A stretch of DNA of 64,000 nt from Octopus sinensis (GCF_006345805.1 NW_021835458.1:1-64000); one strand, 5' to 3'. Positions 51,700-64,000 are shown, numbered from the stretch's first letter. The notes: a model not told the origin generated them from the sequence alone. Numbers and translations are program-made.

Positions 51700-51942
51700 C
51701 AGTATTTCACTTTTAAATTTTGAAAAGCCGGGAAGTTTTTTTCAGAAATGATGTCGTTTGCCTGTTCTTTCCAGCATATCGGGTTTTCTGGTGGTGAGTT
51801 GATACTTTTTACGTTTGCGGGAAATATCAGATGATAGTGAAACATTGAGAGTTTGTAGCCGATTCCACCCATAAGAAAGGAACAAATAATACAATGTGAC
51901 TGTAGGTCATAATACACGGGCAACGCCGGGACGCATTGCTAG
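51700..51942 (+). mobile_element. Helitron-like fragment with canonical 3' end (5' boundary uncertain)
   Basis: CGGGCAACGCCGGG hairpin (51917-51930), then CTAG|T at 51939-51943. Confidence 0.6.
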
Positions 51943-51951
51943 TAAATAATA

Positions 51952-52082
51952 AGGGTGGCTTGTTAGTGATTTTTCAAGCAACTCTTATTTCTAGCGATAC
52001 TGGTGTCAACTAGTACCCTTAGTTGATTTAGTGATACATATATTTCTGCTTTTCGGTTGAAAAGTTGCTAACAAGCCACCCC
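51952..52082. mobile_element. 131-bp MITE with ~28-bp imperfect TIRs and TA flanks
   Basis: TA|AGGGTGGCTTGTTAG...CTAACAAGCCACCCC|TA. Confidence 0.65.
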
Positions 52083-52110
52083 TATTATATATAATATATA
52101 TATATATACC

Positions 52111-52141
<31 letters not shown>

Positions 52142-52212
52142 ACATATATATATGTATATATATATATATATATGTATATATATGTATATATATATATATA
52201 TATGTTATATAT

Positions 52213-52252
<40 letters not shown>

Positions 52253-52298
52253 TATATAATATATATTACATATATATATAATATATATCTGTGTGTAT

Positions 52299-52545
52299 GG
52301 AGGCGCGTGGCTTAGTGGTTACGGCGTCAGTATCATGATCGTAAGATTGTGGTTTCTTTCCTGGATCGGGCGACGCGTTGTGTTCTTGAGCAAAACACTT
52401 CATTTCACGTTGCTCCAGTCCACTCAGTTGGCAAAAATGAGTACGCTGCGATGGACTGGCGTCCCATCCAGCTGCGGTACACATACGCCATTGAAACCAG
52501 GAAATCGGACCTATAAGCCTGGCTAGGCTTTAAAAAGGATGCATT
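52299..52545 (+). mobile_element. SINE family E, full length
   Basis: GGAGGCGCGTGGCTTAGTGGTT head, CORE-like and GCGATGGACTGGCGTCCCATCC motifs. Confidence 0.8.
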
Positions 52546-52704
52546 TATTATTTATTTATTATATATATATGTGTGTGTGTGTGTGTGTTTGTGTGTGTGT
52601 GTGGTGTGTGTGTGTGTGTGTGTGTGTGTGTGGAGAGAGGGAGAGAGTGAGGGTAGAGACAGACAGACAGAGAGATAGAAAGATAGACAGACAGACAGAA
52701 AGAC

Positions 52705-52739
<35 letters not shown>

Positions 52740-53127
52740 TCAGGCTCGTATAGATGGTGGGATTAAATGCTTCACGGCTCATAATCTTTCCAATCCCACA
52801 ATGGTATTTTTCCAGCTCCGCTGTGAAGCCAGCCGTATTTCACGGTCGACAGACTATATCAATAACGCATGAAATTGGATCAATCTTCAACAGTCAAACT
52901 GACTCCTGTGTTCACTGGACGTTAAACATATATCTAAGATGCGGATGAATGTGAAAGAACAGAAACAATATGTAGTATACCAGATTGAAATCGATGAAGT
53001 TCTGCTTTAGAATTTGGATACTGCCAAAAAAAAAAAATATATGAGCTCGTTCAATTTCTGATATGAAATCTTTTTTGATTTATTCGACTTTTCATTCAGT
53101 CAAAAGTCTGCAAAAATTTGTACGCGA

Positions 53128-53590
53128 TGCCCAGGAGTGGCTGTGTGGTAAGTAGCTTGCTAACCAACCACATGGTTCCGGGTTCAGTCCCACTGCGTGG
53201 CATCTTGGGCAAGTGTCTTCTGCTATAGCCCCGGGCCGACCAATGCCTTGTGAGTGGATTTGGTAGACGGAAACTGAAAGAAGCCCGTCGTGTATATGTA
53301 TAATATATATAATATATATATATAATATATATATATATAATAGATATAGTATGTGTGTGTGTTTGTGTGTCTGTGTTTGTTCCCCTAGCATGGCTTGACA
53401 ACCGATGCTTGTGTGTTTACGTCCCCGTCACTTAGCGGGTCGGCAAAAAGAGACCGATAGAATAAGTACTGGGCTTACAAAAAGAATAAGTCCCGGGGTC
53501 GAGTTGCTCGACTAAAGGTGGTGCTCCAACATGGCCGCAGTCAAATGACTGAAACAAGTAAAGGAGTAAAGAGTAAAGAGTAAAGAGTAA
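53128..53590 (+). mobile_element. SINE family A, full length
   Basis: Same head, body and tail. Confidence 0.88.
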
Positions 53591-54029
53591 AGAGAGAGAT
53601 ACATATAAAGATTGATTGGATCGCTTTGGTAGATTTATAGATTTGTTTGAGATCTTAAAAAAGAAATAAAAGTTCACATCCTGCTATTTCGGCTCATTAA
53701 GTTCTAACAAAAACCAGTATATAACTGGTACTTTATTTTATCGACCCTCAAAGAATTACAAGTAAAAGTTGACCTTGGTGAGAAATGGAATCAGAGCGTT
53801 AAAAAAAATCCTGAAAAAAATTCTGTTAAGCATTTTGTTCGACGCGCTGATCATTTGTGCCAGCTAGCCAACTTGTTAAGAATTATGGTTTCAAATTTTG
53901 GCACAGGAGCAGCAATTTTTAGGGAGAGTGGGAACTCGATTACAGGAAATCCAATATTTGACTCATAGATATATTTGTTTCATAGATTTAAACGCTTCGA
54001 GATCCACTCTCTTCAAAAATTTAATTATT

Positions 54030-54058
54030 TCAACAACAGCAACAACAACAACAACAAC

Positions 54059-54090
<32 letters not shown>

Positions 54091-54151
54091 CAACAACAAC
54101 AACAACAATAATAATAATAATAACAACAACAACAACAATAATAATAATAAT

Positions 54152-54230
<79 letters not shown>
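54030..54230. repeat. (AAC)n/(AAT)n microsatellite
   Basis: Direct reading. Confidence 0.95.
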
Positions 54231-54232
<2 letters not shown>

Positions 54233-55008
54233 TGATTGGAAGTGTTAATAACTGATTGGAAGTGTTATCATGTACATTGTTTTGTCTTGGTATAAAAGAT
54301 GGGCTACAGCAAATATTCTGCTCAATACCACAGATTTGCTTGTCAGTTGTTTGACCTTAACCAGTTGAGCATGTCCCTTAGTGGCTGACGATATGTGCAT
54401 CTCTGATCACGAGTATAAGTAGTGGGGGAGCATCATAGCCATGTGTTGAGAGGGATTCTTTGGGGTTTGAATAATTCACCTCTGGAAACATGGATTGTTC
54501 TTTCAACATCCTTAAACAACCCTTATTCAGGGACCGTTTGAGCGGGATGGGCTACTCGACCTGAAGAAAATTCTAACTGGGCCCCACCTGCAAGGTCATG
54601 CGTTGTTTACCTTGATATGAGATCACCATGTCGCGCACATATGGTTGTGATGCATGTGCCTGGTGTACCCTTATCAGACGGGTAGTCATGATGGGTATAT
54701 TGGGCTTCGTATATTTTACCCCAGTGTCACTTTGATGGCATGAACTACTCTCTCACTCAATAATGATAATAATAATAATAATAATAGAGCGGGATGGGCT
54801 ACTCGACCAGAAAAAAATTCTAACTGGGCCCCACCTGCAAGGTCATGTGCTGTTTATCTTGATATGAGATCAGCAAGTCGCGCTTGTGATGCATGTGCCT
54901 AGTGTACCCTTATCAGACGGGTAGTCATGATGGGCATACAGGGTTTCGTATATTTTACCCCCCGTGTCACTTTGATGGCATGCACTGCTCTCTCATCACT
55001 CAACTGTA

Positions 55009-55075
<67 letters not shown>

Positions 55076-55999
55076 TAATAATAATAAATGCCCTGATGCA
55101 GTACCAGGCAGTGGCTCTCATGGCTTCTGATCTTAACTGATTGGAAGTGTTATCATGTACATTGTTTTGTCCATGCCCTGATGCAGTACCAGGCAGTGGC
55201 TCTCATGGCTTCTGATCTTAACTGATTGGAAGTGTTATCATGTACATTGTTTTGTCTTGGTATAAAAGATGGGCTACAGCAAATATTCTGCTCAACACCA
55301 CAGATTTGCTTGTCAGTTGTTTGACCTTAACCAGTTGAGCATGTCCCTTAGCTGGCTGACGATATGTGCATCTCTGATCACGAGTATAAGTAGTGGGGGA
55401 GCATCATAGCCATGTGTTGAGAGGGATTCTTTGGGGTTTAATATTCACCTCTGGAAACATGGGTGTTCTTTCAACATCCTTAAACAACCCTTATTCAGGA
55501 CCGTTTGAGCGGGATGGGCTACTCGACCTGAAGAAAATTCTAACTGGGCCCCACCTGCAAGGTCAATGCGTTGTTTACCTTGATATGAGATCACCATGTC
55601 GCGCACATATGGTTGTGAATGCATGTGCCTGTGTACCCTTATCAGACGGGTAGTCATGATGGGTATATTGGGCTTCGTATATTTTACACCCAGTGTCACT
55701 TTGATGGCATGAACTACTCTCTCACTAAATAATGATAATAAAATAATAATAATAGAGCGGGAATGGGCTACTCGACCAGAAAAAAATTCTAACTGGCCCC
55801 ACCTGCAAGGTCATGTGCTGTTTATCTTGATATGAGATCAGCAAGTCGCGCTTGTGATGCATGTGCCTAGTGTACCCTTATCAGACGGGTAGTCATGATG
55901 GGCATACAGGGTTTCGTATATTTTTACCCCGTGTCACTTTGATTGCATGCACTGCTCTCGCTCACTCAAACTGTAGTAATAATAATAATAAGAATAATA

Positions 56000-56034
<35 letters not shown>

Positions 56035-56956
56035 TAATAACAACAATAATAATAATAAATGCCCTGATGCAGTACCAGGCAGTGGCTCTCATGGCTTCTG
56101 ATCTTAACTGATTGGAAGTGTTATCATGTACATTGTTTTGTCCATGCCCTGATGCAGTACCAGGCAGTGGCTCTCATGGCTTCTGATCTTAAATGATTGG
56201 AAGTGTTATCATGTACATTGTTTTGTCTTGGATAAAAGATGGGCTACAGCAAATATCTGCTCAAACACCACAGATTTGCTTGTCAGTTGTTTGACCTTAA
56301 CCAGTTGAGCATGTCCCTTAGCGCGCTGACGATATGTGCCTCTGATCACGAGTATAAGTAGTGGGGGAGCATCATAGCCATGTGTTGAGAGGGATTCTTT
56401 GGGGTTTGAATATTCACCTCTGGAAACATGGTAGTTCTTTCAACATCCTTAACAAACCACTTATTCAGGACCGTTTGAGAGCGGGATGGGCTACTCGACC
56501 TGAAGAAAATTCTAACTGGGCCCCACCTGCAAGGTCATGCGTTGTTTACCTTGATATGAGATCACCATGTCGCGCACATATGGTTGTGATGCATGTGCCT
56601 GGTGTACCCTTATCAGACGGGTAGTCATGATGGGTATATTGGGCTTCGTATATTTTACCTCAGTGTCACTTTGATGGCATGAACTGCTCTCTCACTCAAT
56701 AATGATAATAATAATAATAATAATAGAGCGGGATGGGCTACTCGACCAGAAGAAAATTCTAACTGGGCCCCACCTGCAAGGTCATGTGCTGTTTATCTTG
56801 ATATGAGATCAGCAAGTCGCACTTGTGATGCATGTGCCTAGTGTACCCTTATCAGACGGGTAGTCATGATGGGCATACAGGGTTTCGTATATTTTACCCC
56901 AGTGTCACTTTGATGGCATGCACTGCTCTCTCACTCAAACTGTAGTAATAATAATC

Positions 56957-57010
<54 letters not shown>
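54231..57010 (+). mobile_element. (AAT)n-embedded non-coding interspersed element (~580-bp monomer + 5'-truncated copy), triplicated with ~970-bp period
   Basis: Marker A(C/A)TGATTGGAAGTGTTATCATG..GTCTTGG at 54251, 55221 and 56192. Monomers end in CTCACTC followed by (AAT)n. Confidence 0.85.
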
Positions 57011-57013
<3 letters not shown>

Positions 57014-57099
57014 GCGGTTTATATGACATTTAGGAGAGAGGTAAGTAGTATTTCTAACAATCTCGACGTTGCTTCGTTTCAAACTTACCGTACACACAC

Positions 57100-57575
57100 T
57101 TAATGACAGACGCAAACATGAACACATATACAGACGTGCACTCACAGGCGCGTACACACACGCACGCACACACACACAGATGCATACTGACTCAGAGACA
57201 CACACATACTGACTCAAACCTACACACGCACGCACACACACACACACACTCACACAGAGTCGTAAACACACATACATACACGCGCAAGCACACACAAGCG
57301 CACACATACAAACACACATACAAACGCACAGGCACACACATACACAAACGCACACGCCCAAACGCACACATGAACAAACAGACACACACACACACACACA
57401 CAAACGTACACGCCCAAACGCACACATGAACAAACAGACACACACCACACACACACAAACGCACACGCCCAAACGCACACATGAACAAACAGACACACAC
57501 ACACATACAACACACGTAGAGACGCATTCACACACACACCCGCCCGCACACACACACATACATTCACATACACCC
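57100..57575. repeat. CA-rich cryptic repeat with a recurring ACAAACGCACACGCCCAAACGCACACATGAACAAACAGAC unit
   Basis: Direct reading, about 3 copies at 57340-57500. Confidence 0.8.
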
Positions 57576-57983
57576 TGGGACTTAGACAAACACTGTGCAC
57601 TATCTCAGTAATTGCTCTTTAGACCTGTATCTCGGCTCATGAATATTTCTCCATAGCTTCTACGCCGACGGAATTTCAATGGAGAAATACGAACACACTG
57701 AATCTTGTGTGTTTCGCTGATACTCAACTGTCACATTCAAACATGAAAACATTCTGTAACGTTACTTAATAAGATTAATGGTTTTGCCAGCCATGAAGAT
57801 TTCATTTCCATCTCACTTGTCATAAGCAAAAGTAATCGAATAAAGCCTGTCTTTCTTGAAACTACTGACAACCGTCGGAAATCAGAAGCAAGAAAGAAAT
57901 GGAAGAATAAAGGAATGGAAAGTGCAATAAACGAAGCGACCGGATAGCAGAATTGTTTGCCCGTCAGGTATGAAGCGTTAAAA

Positions 57984-59330
57984 GGCGGCGAGCTGGCAGA
58001 AATGTTAGCACGCCGGGGGGCGAAATGCGTAGCCGTATTTCGTCTGCCATTACGTTCTGAGTTCAAATTCCGCCGAGGTCGACTTTGCCTTTCATCCTTT
58101 CGGGGTCGATAAATTAAGTACCAGTTACGCACTGGGGTCGATGTAATCGACTTAATCCGTTCATCTGTCCTTGTGTGTCCCCTCTGTGTTTAATCCCTTG
58201 TGGGTAGTAAAGAAATATGTATTTCGTCTGCCGTTACGTTCTGAGTTCAAATTCCACCGAGGTCGACTTTGCCTTTCATCCATTTGAGGTCGATAAATTA
58301 AGTACCAGTTACGCACTGGGGTCGATGTAATCGACTTAATCCGTTTCTCTGTCCTTGTTTGTCCTCTCTGTGTTTAACCCCTTGTGGGTAGTAAAGAAAC
58401 AGGTATTTCGTCTGCCGTTACGTTCTGAGTTCAAATTCCACCGAGGTCGACTTTGCCTTTCATCATATCGGGGTCGATAAATTAGTACCAGTTACGCACT
58501 GGGGTCGATGTAATCGACTTAATCCGTTTGTCTGTCTTGTTTGTCCCCTCTGTGTTTAATTATCCCTTGTGGGTAGTAAAGAAATAGGTATTTCGTCTGC
58601 CGTTCGTACGTCTGAGTTCAAATTCCCCGAGGTCGACTTTGCCTTTCATCCTTTTGAGGTCGATAAATTAAGTACCAGTTACGCACTGGGGTCGATGTAA
58701 TCGACTTAATCGTTTCTCTCTCTGTCCTTGTTTGTCCTCTCTGTGGTTTAACCCCTTGTGGGTAGTAAAGAAACAGGTATTTCGTCTGCCATTACGTTTG
58801 AGTTCAAATTCCACCGAGGTCGCTTTGCCTTTCATCATATCGGGGTCGATAAATTAAGTACCAGTTACGCACTGGGGTCGATGTAATCGACTTAATCCGT
58901 TTGTCTGTCCTTGTTTGTCCTCTCTGGTGTTTAACCCCTTTTGGGTAGTAAAGAATAGGTATTTTGTCTGCCGTTACGTTCTGAGTTCAAATTCCGCCGA
59001 GGTCGACTTTGACATGCTTTTCATCCTTTCGGGGTCGATAAATTAAGTACCAGTTACGAACTGGGGTCGATGTAATCGACTTAATCCGTTTGTTGTCCTT
59101 GTTTGTCCCCTCTGTGTTTAACCCCTTGTGGGTCGTAAAGAAATAGGTATTTCGTCTCGTCGCGTTACGTTCTGAGTTCAAATCCGCCGAGGTCGACTTT
59201 GCCTTTCATCATATCGGGGTCGATAAATTAAGTACCAGTTACGCACTGGGGTCGATGTCATCGACTTAATCCGTTTGTCTGTCCTTGTTTGTCCTCTCTG
59301 TGTTTAACCCCTTGTGGGTAGTAAAGAAAT
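57984..59330 (+). mobile_element. SINE family B heptamer (one head + 7 units of ~184 bp)
   Basis: Units start at 58035, 58219, 58403, 58588, 58777, 58959 and 59147. TSD AGGTAT(G/A)AAGCGTTA at 57966-57980 and 59331-59345. Confidence 0.92.
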
Positions 59331-59345
59331 AGGTATAAAGCGTTA

Positions 59346-60610
59346 GCTCCAGTCTTTCCTTTTGTACGTTCTGATTTCAAGTTCCACCGAATAATATCCT
59401 GGGTTCATTTCATCGCTTGATTGACTAAAGCTGGTGTTACCGACATGTTCCTGCTTCGTAAAATTTCTGGTTTTTTGGCGGCATGCTGGCAGAATTGTCA
59501 GTACGTTTCACAAAATGTCTAGCAGTATTTTTTTTTTTTGTCGGTTTTCTATGTTCTGATTTCAGATTCTCCCAAGACCAGTTCTGTCTCTCATCCTTTC
59601 GCTGTCGGTACAATAAAACCGGTGTTATCGACATGTCGCTGCTCCGTAAAATTGCTGGTCTTTGGCGGCGTGCTGGCAGAGTGGTCAGTAGATCACACAA
59701 AATCTCTGGCAGCAGGACTTTTTTTTGCCGGTTTTCTATGTTCTGATTTCACATTCTCCAAAGGCCAATTCCGTCCTTCATCCTTTTCACCGTTATCGAC
59801 ATGTCCCTGCTCCACAAAATTGCTGGTCTTTGGAGGCGTGCTGGCAGAATCGTAAGCACGCCGCACATAATAATTAGCGACTGTTTTCTCACGAATGTTT
59901 ATGTTCTGGTTTCAAATTCTGTTGACACCAGCTTTGCTTGTTATCGTTTCAGCGTCAATAGAATAAAGCCAAGGTTATCCACTTTTCCCTACCTTTCAAT
60001 CTTGCTGGCGTTGGGTGGCGAGGTGGCAGAATTGTTAGCACATCACACAAAATGCTTAGCTGCAGTTTTTCTCTTATTTGCCGGGTTTTTTATGTAATGA
60101 TTTCAAATTCTGACGATGTAAGTTTAACCTTTCAATAGATTATTGTTGATCTTATCCACTTGTGTGGCCGCCCCCAAGAAATTGCTCAACTCAGGCGCCG
60201 AGCTGGCAGAATCGTTAGCACGCCAGGCGAAATGCTTAGCGGTATTTCGTCTGCTGTTACGCTCTGAGTTCAAATTCCGCCGAGGTCAACTTTGCCTTTC
60301 ATCCTTTCGGGGTCGATAAATTAAGTACCAGTTACGCACTGGGGTCGATTTAAGCGACTTAATCTCTTTGTCTGTCCTTATTTGTCCCCTCTATGTTTAG
60401 CCCCTTGTGGGCAATAAAGAAATAAGAATCGTTAGCACGCCGGGCGAAATGCGTATCGGTCTTTCGTCTGTCATTGTGTTCTGAGCTCAAATTCCGCCGA
60501 GGTCAACTTTGCCTTTTATCCTTTCGGAATCGATAAATTAAGTACCAGTTGCGTACTGGGGTCGATCTAATCAACTGGCTCTTTACCCAAAAATTTTCTG
60601 GCCTTATACC
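59346..60610 (+). mobile_element. Run of old degenerate family B-related SINEs plus a younger copy at 60192-60420
   Basis: Repeated GGCG..CTGGCAGAAT heads and TTCTGATTTCA motifs. Confidence 0.65.
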
Positions 60611-62464
60611 TAGAGTAGAAAAGCATATTTTAAAGATCTCTATAAATGCGTATGTCACTAAGTAGTATATCTAAGACTTGTAAAGTAAGCGTCTATCTTT
60701 AACTTTAATTCTTTACCGTGGTCATGCTGGAGCACTGCTTTGAGGATATTTTAGTTGACTGAATCGACCCCAGTACAATATTTTAAGTGTGATATATAAT
60801 GCTTCTTTTTGCCGAATCGCTAAGGTATGGGGACGTAAACATAACAACACCAGATGTCCAGCAGTCTATAACAATGAAAAAAGAAAATAGATCAAAAACA
60901 AAAAAAATCAGTCCAATATAAGACACACCAACAAAAGACAGGTAGAATCAAGTATTTCAAGCTCTGAATAGATGATCTAATTAAATCTTGTACCAAAAAA
61001 ATCATTTTCTTATCAACGTCATTATCATGAAACGCTATACAAATACCCACTTCGTAATCAACAACGAAAATTTGACCTCCCTCCTCGCCACCGAAATATG
61101 CACACAGCCATAAAAGATAAAGTTCAGAAAATAAAAGAAAAATACTAATAGAATTAAAACGAAATAAACACAAATAGTAGGACGTATCTCTCGCGTGTCT
61201 CAAAGAAACTAGACGTTAATTCACAAAAAGCACAAGATGTAAAACAAAAAAAATGAATAAAACGAAAATAATTAACAACAGATGCAAAAAAAAAACAATC
61301 AATGAGCAGGCGTAGACAAGAAACCATGCGTATGCTCACAGCCTCACACGTAAGACTAATTATAAAGAAACATCTGGTCAAGCTCTAACAGTTCTCACAC
61401 GAACTTGTGTGCACGTTCTGTTATTATTATTTCATTTCTTTCAAACTGGCGATGCTGAATTTAACGTTTGATTTACATCAACAACGCGACGAACAACAAG
61501 AGCAGCAACAACCACGATAGTAGCTGCGTGGGCGAACACAAACACAGAGAGATACAGGAACGGTTCCAAAAGTCGGAGTGAAGGGCTGCAGTAACGGTGA
61601 CGGGGTAGGGGACGGGTGTGAAAAGAGGGTCAAAGAGCTACTAAGAACAACAGCAATAACAACAACAATAACGATGACAACAATATAAAGGGCAGAGGCC
61701 CATATATACACACAAGCACATATGCGAAACACATAGACATGCGTACGCACATACAAGCACACATATATACACACAAATACAAGTTAGATAGAAGTCTATG
61801 TACGCGTGTACGCATATTTATAAATGTATGTAGATTAGAGTGCTGAGATGTCAAATAAAGGACAGCATCTAAAAGATATGGCAAATCCGGCATCGATATG
61901 ACATACATTTCATATATGTTATACAGACGTGTATAATTAGAATAAATGTTTATTGAAGATAATTTGAAGCATTGGGCGCAGAGGAGAATCGAAAATGCTG
62001 GAAAGCTATATATAAATTATGTAAATGACGTGGCACTGTCAGAAATAACAAGGAACAAGACAAGCATTAAAAGTTGTTCGTAGTTCTGACATATGCCATA
62101 GGATGCAAAATAATTGAGTCTGCAGAACTGACGGTTCACTCTTTAATTACTTTCGTATATACGTGATTGATATCGCCTACAATACCCTTTGATTAAAAGT
62201 TCTTAGCTGTCTCTATTCTTTCAAACTTTGTTTTATATTTAAAAAGTTTATCTAAAGCATAAATATAAATATAAATTTCGTCATATTTAAACTAACATCA
62301 GTTAGTTAGTTTTTGAATTGTTGAAATGTATTGCAGAACAATTAGAAAGGTTTGTTTCGACCCTTTAGAATTGGAATTTTTGAAAAGTAAAAGTTTTTCA
62401 ATATGTAGCTTTTTATTCTCTTTGAGTGAACATTTTGCTGGTTGAAATACACCGAAAGCATTTT

Positions 62465-62498
62465 AGTACCGGTTTCAGACTTTGCGACTTTTTCAGCT
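62465..62498 (-). ncRNA. Degenerate hammerhead motif (PLE pLTR remnant)
   Basis: Minus strand: AG-CTGAAAA-AGTC(gcaaa)GTCT-GAAA-CCGG-TA-CT. Confidence 0.45.
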
Positions 62499-62588
62499 TA
62501 GAGTAAAACGTGGAAAATAATTACATTGTGGAAAAATTACATGAAAGGTTTTTTAAAATATTGCCGTAGTTTTGAAATACGTAAGACA

Positions 62589-62679
<91 letters not shown>

Positions 62680-62782
62680 ACTTTCATGAAGGCTCGGTAG
62701 GTAGGTAGTAGCAGATCTGAAGAAATATTTAATATGAGGGATGTTGGTTCCGGATTTTGATTGTCTAAACAGCAGTAGACGA

Positions 62783-63200
62783 GGGAGGAGACGAAGAAGA
62801 AGAAGAAGAAGAAGAAGAAGAAGAAGAAAGAGAAGAAGAAGAAGAAGAAGAAGAAGAAGAAGAAGAAGAAAAGTCGAAGAAGAAAAAGAAGAGAAGAAGA
62901 AGAAGAAGAAGAAGAAGAAAAGAAGAAGAAGAAAAGAAGAAGAAGAAAAGAAGAAGAAGAAGATGAAAAGAAGAAGAAGAAGAGAAGAAGAAGAAGAAGA
63001 AAGGTCGAGAAGAAAAAAGAAGAAGAGAAGAAGAAGAAAAGAAGAAGAAGAAAAGAAAGAAGAAGAAGAAAAAGAAGAGAAGAAGAAGAAGAAAAGAAAA
63101 GAAGAAGAAGAAGAAAGAGAAGAAGAAGAAGAAGAAGAGAAGAAGAGAAGAAGAAGAAGAAGAAGAAGAAGAAGAAGAAGAAGAGAAGAAGAAGAAGAGG
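62783..63200. repeat. ~420-bp degenerate (GAA)n polypurine tract
   Basis: Direct reading. Confidence 0.95.
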
Positions 63201-63249
63201 GAGTAAGAAAGGGAGAAAAAGATGGGAGTTGTATGTGAGTAATAGGCTG

Positions 63250-63645
63250 TTGGTAGAATCCTCACAAACTTTCCGACTCGAACTGAATATGTGCTCTTCT
63301 TTGCTGTCACGTCCTTTTTGGACCGAATAGAGACAGATAATAAGAAATAGTTTCTCTATAAAAGTGTCAAGCGCCGAAGACAGTGGATGGGGAAAAGAGA
63401 AACACCAGCACCCCAGGGTAAAGTAAGTCTTTACCCACGTAAAGTGTTGCTATCTTTCTGGTGAGATATAAAAGGTTTAGTCCACTTTGAACTTTTAAAC
63501 CAGAACCAAACGATGACAAAAGAGATCTACTGCTGGCAGCTTGAACAACTTGAACAACTTAAGTCAGTTCTAGAAGAAAAATTACCATCTTTGGTTTCAA
63601 AAGGAAAAAGTGTATTCTTCCATCAGGGTAATACTCGGCCACATA
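63250..63645 (+). pseudogene. Mariner-type transposase remnant
   Basis: PHKL..; LDRIETDNKK*FLY; RRQW; PRKVLLSFW*DIKGLVHFELL; TKEIYC.QL; VFFHQGNTRPHTA (cf. HDNARPH). Truncated by a SINE. Confidence 0.75.
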
Positions 63646-63647
63646 CA

Positions 63648-63798
63648 GCGAGCTTCTTTCAGTTACCGTCTACCAAATCCACTCACAAGGCTTTGGTCGG
63701 CCGGAGGCTATAGTAGAAGACACTTGCCCAAGGTGCCACGCAGTGGGACTGAACCCGGAACCATGTGGTTTGGAAGCCAGCTTCTTACCACACAACCT
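63648..63798 (-). mobile_element. SINE family A 5' fragment
   Basis: Reverse complement of the head and CCTTGGGCAAGTGTC motif. Confidence 0.8.
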
Positions 63799-63889
63799 CG
63801 TATATGTATACATTCATGTGTGTGTGTATGTGTCATTATTTTTATTTCAAGATTTCTTGCCAATAAAGACCATCAACAAGTTATTTTTC

Positions 63890-63921
<32 letters not shown>

Positions 63922-64000
63922 TGTACGTACGTATGTATGAATGTATGTATGTATGAATGTATGTATGTATGTATGTATGTATGTATGTATGTATGTATGT
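63890..64000. repeat. (TATG)n microsatellite
   Basis: Direct reading. Confidence 0.95.

Noticed and set aside
53898-54248. Poly-N and poly-T/I ORFs
   Set aside because: (AAC/AAT)n microsatellite.
55088-55170. HDV-like ribozyme at the 5' end of the (AAT)n-embedded element
   Set aside because: Only a simple TGCC/GGCA hairpin is visible. I could not build the nested double pseudoknot by eye; an Infernal search would settle it.
57984-59330. CRISPR-like array, or a retrozyme with a hammerhead in each unit
   Set aside because: No unique spacers, and I found no hammerhead core on either strand of the 184-bp unit.
62741-63310. Poly-R/K/E and poly-S/F/L ORFs
   Set aside because: Reading frames of the (GAA)n tract.

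Overview
AT-rich, repeat-dominated eukaryotic DNA. The SINE families and dense (TA)n/(TG)n/(TACA)n microsatellites resemble those of octopus (coleoid cephalopod) genomes; the taxon is inferred from family recognition, not a search. I found no intact protein-coding gene, and almost all ORF-track entries are microsatellite or SINE artefacts. Recognisable elements: a 5'-truncated Penelope-like retroelement (RT + GIY-YIG) with an inverted pseudo-LTR; a second PLE remnant; a full-length but decayed Chapaev3-like DNA transposon with TIRs and TAA TSD; R4/Dong-like LINE remnants; a mariner transposase remnant; MITEs; Helitron 3' ends; and about five tRNA-derived SINE families. Highlights: (1) several minimal type I hammerhead ribozyme folds in PLE termini, some with a compensatory U3:A8 core; (2) a SINE that forms head-to-tail concatemers with a fixed junction inside a single TSD; (3) a 1.7-kb minisatellite made from the A-box region of a SINE head; (4) an element repeatedly inserted in (AAT)n tracts and then triplicated; (5) one weak candidate first coding exon.
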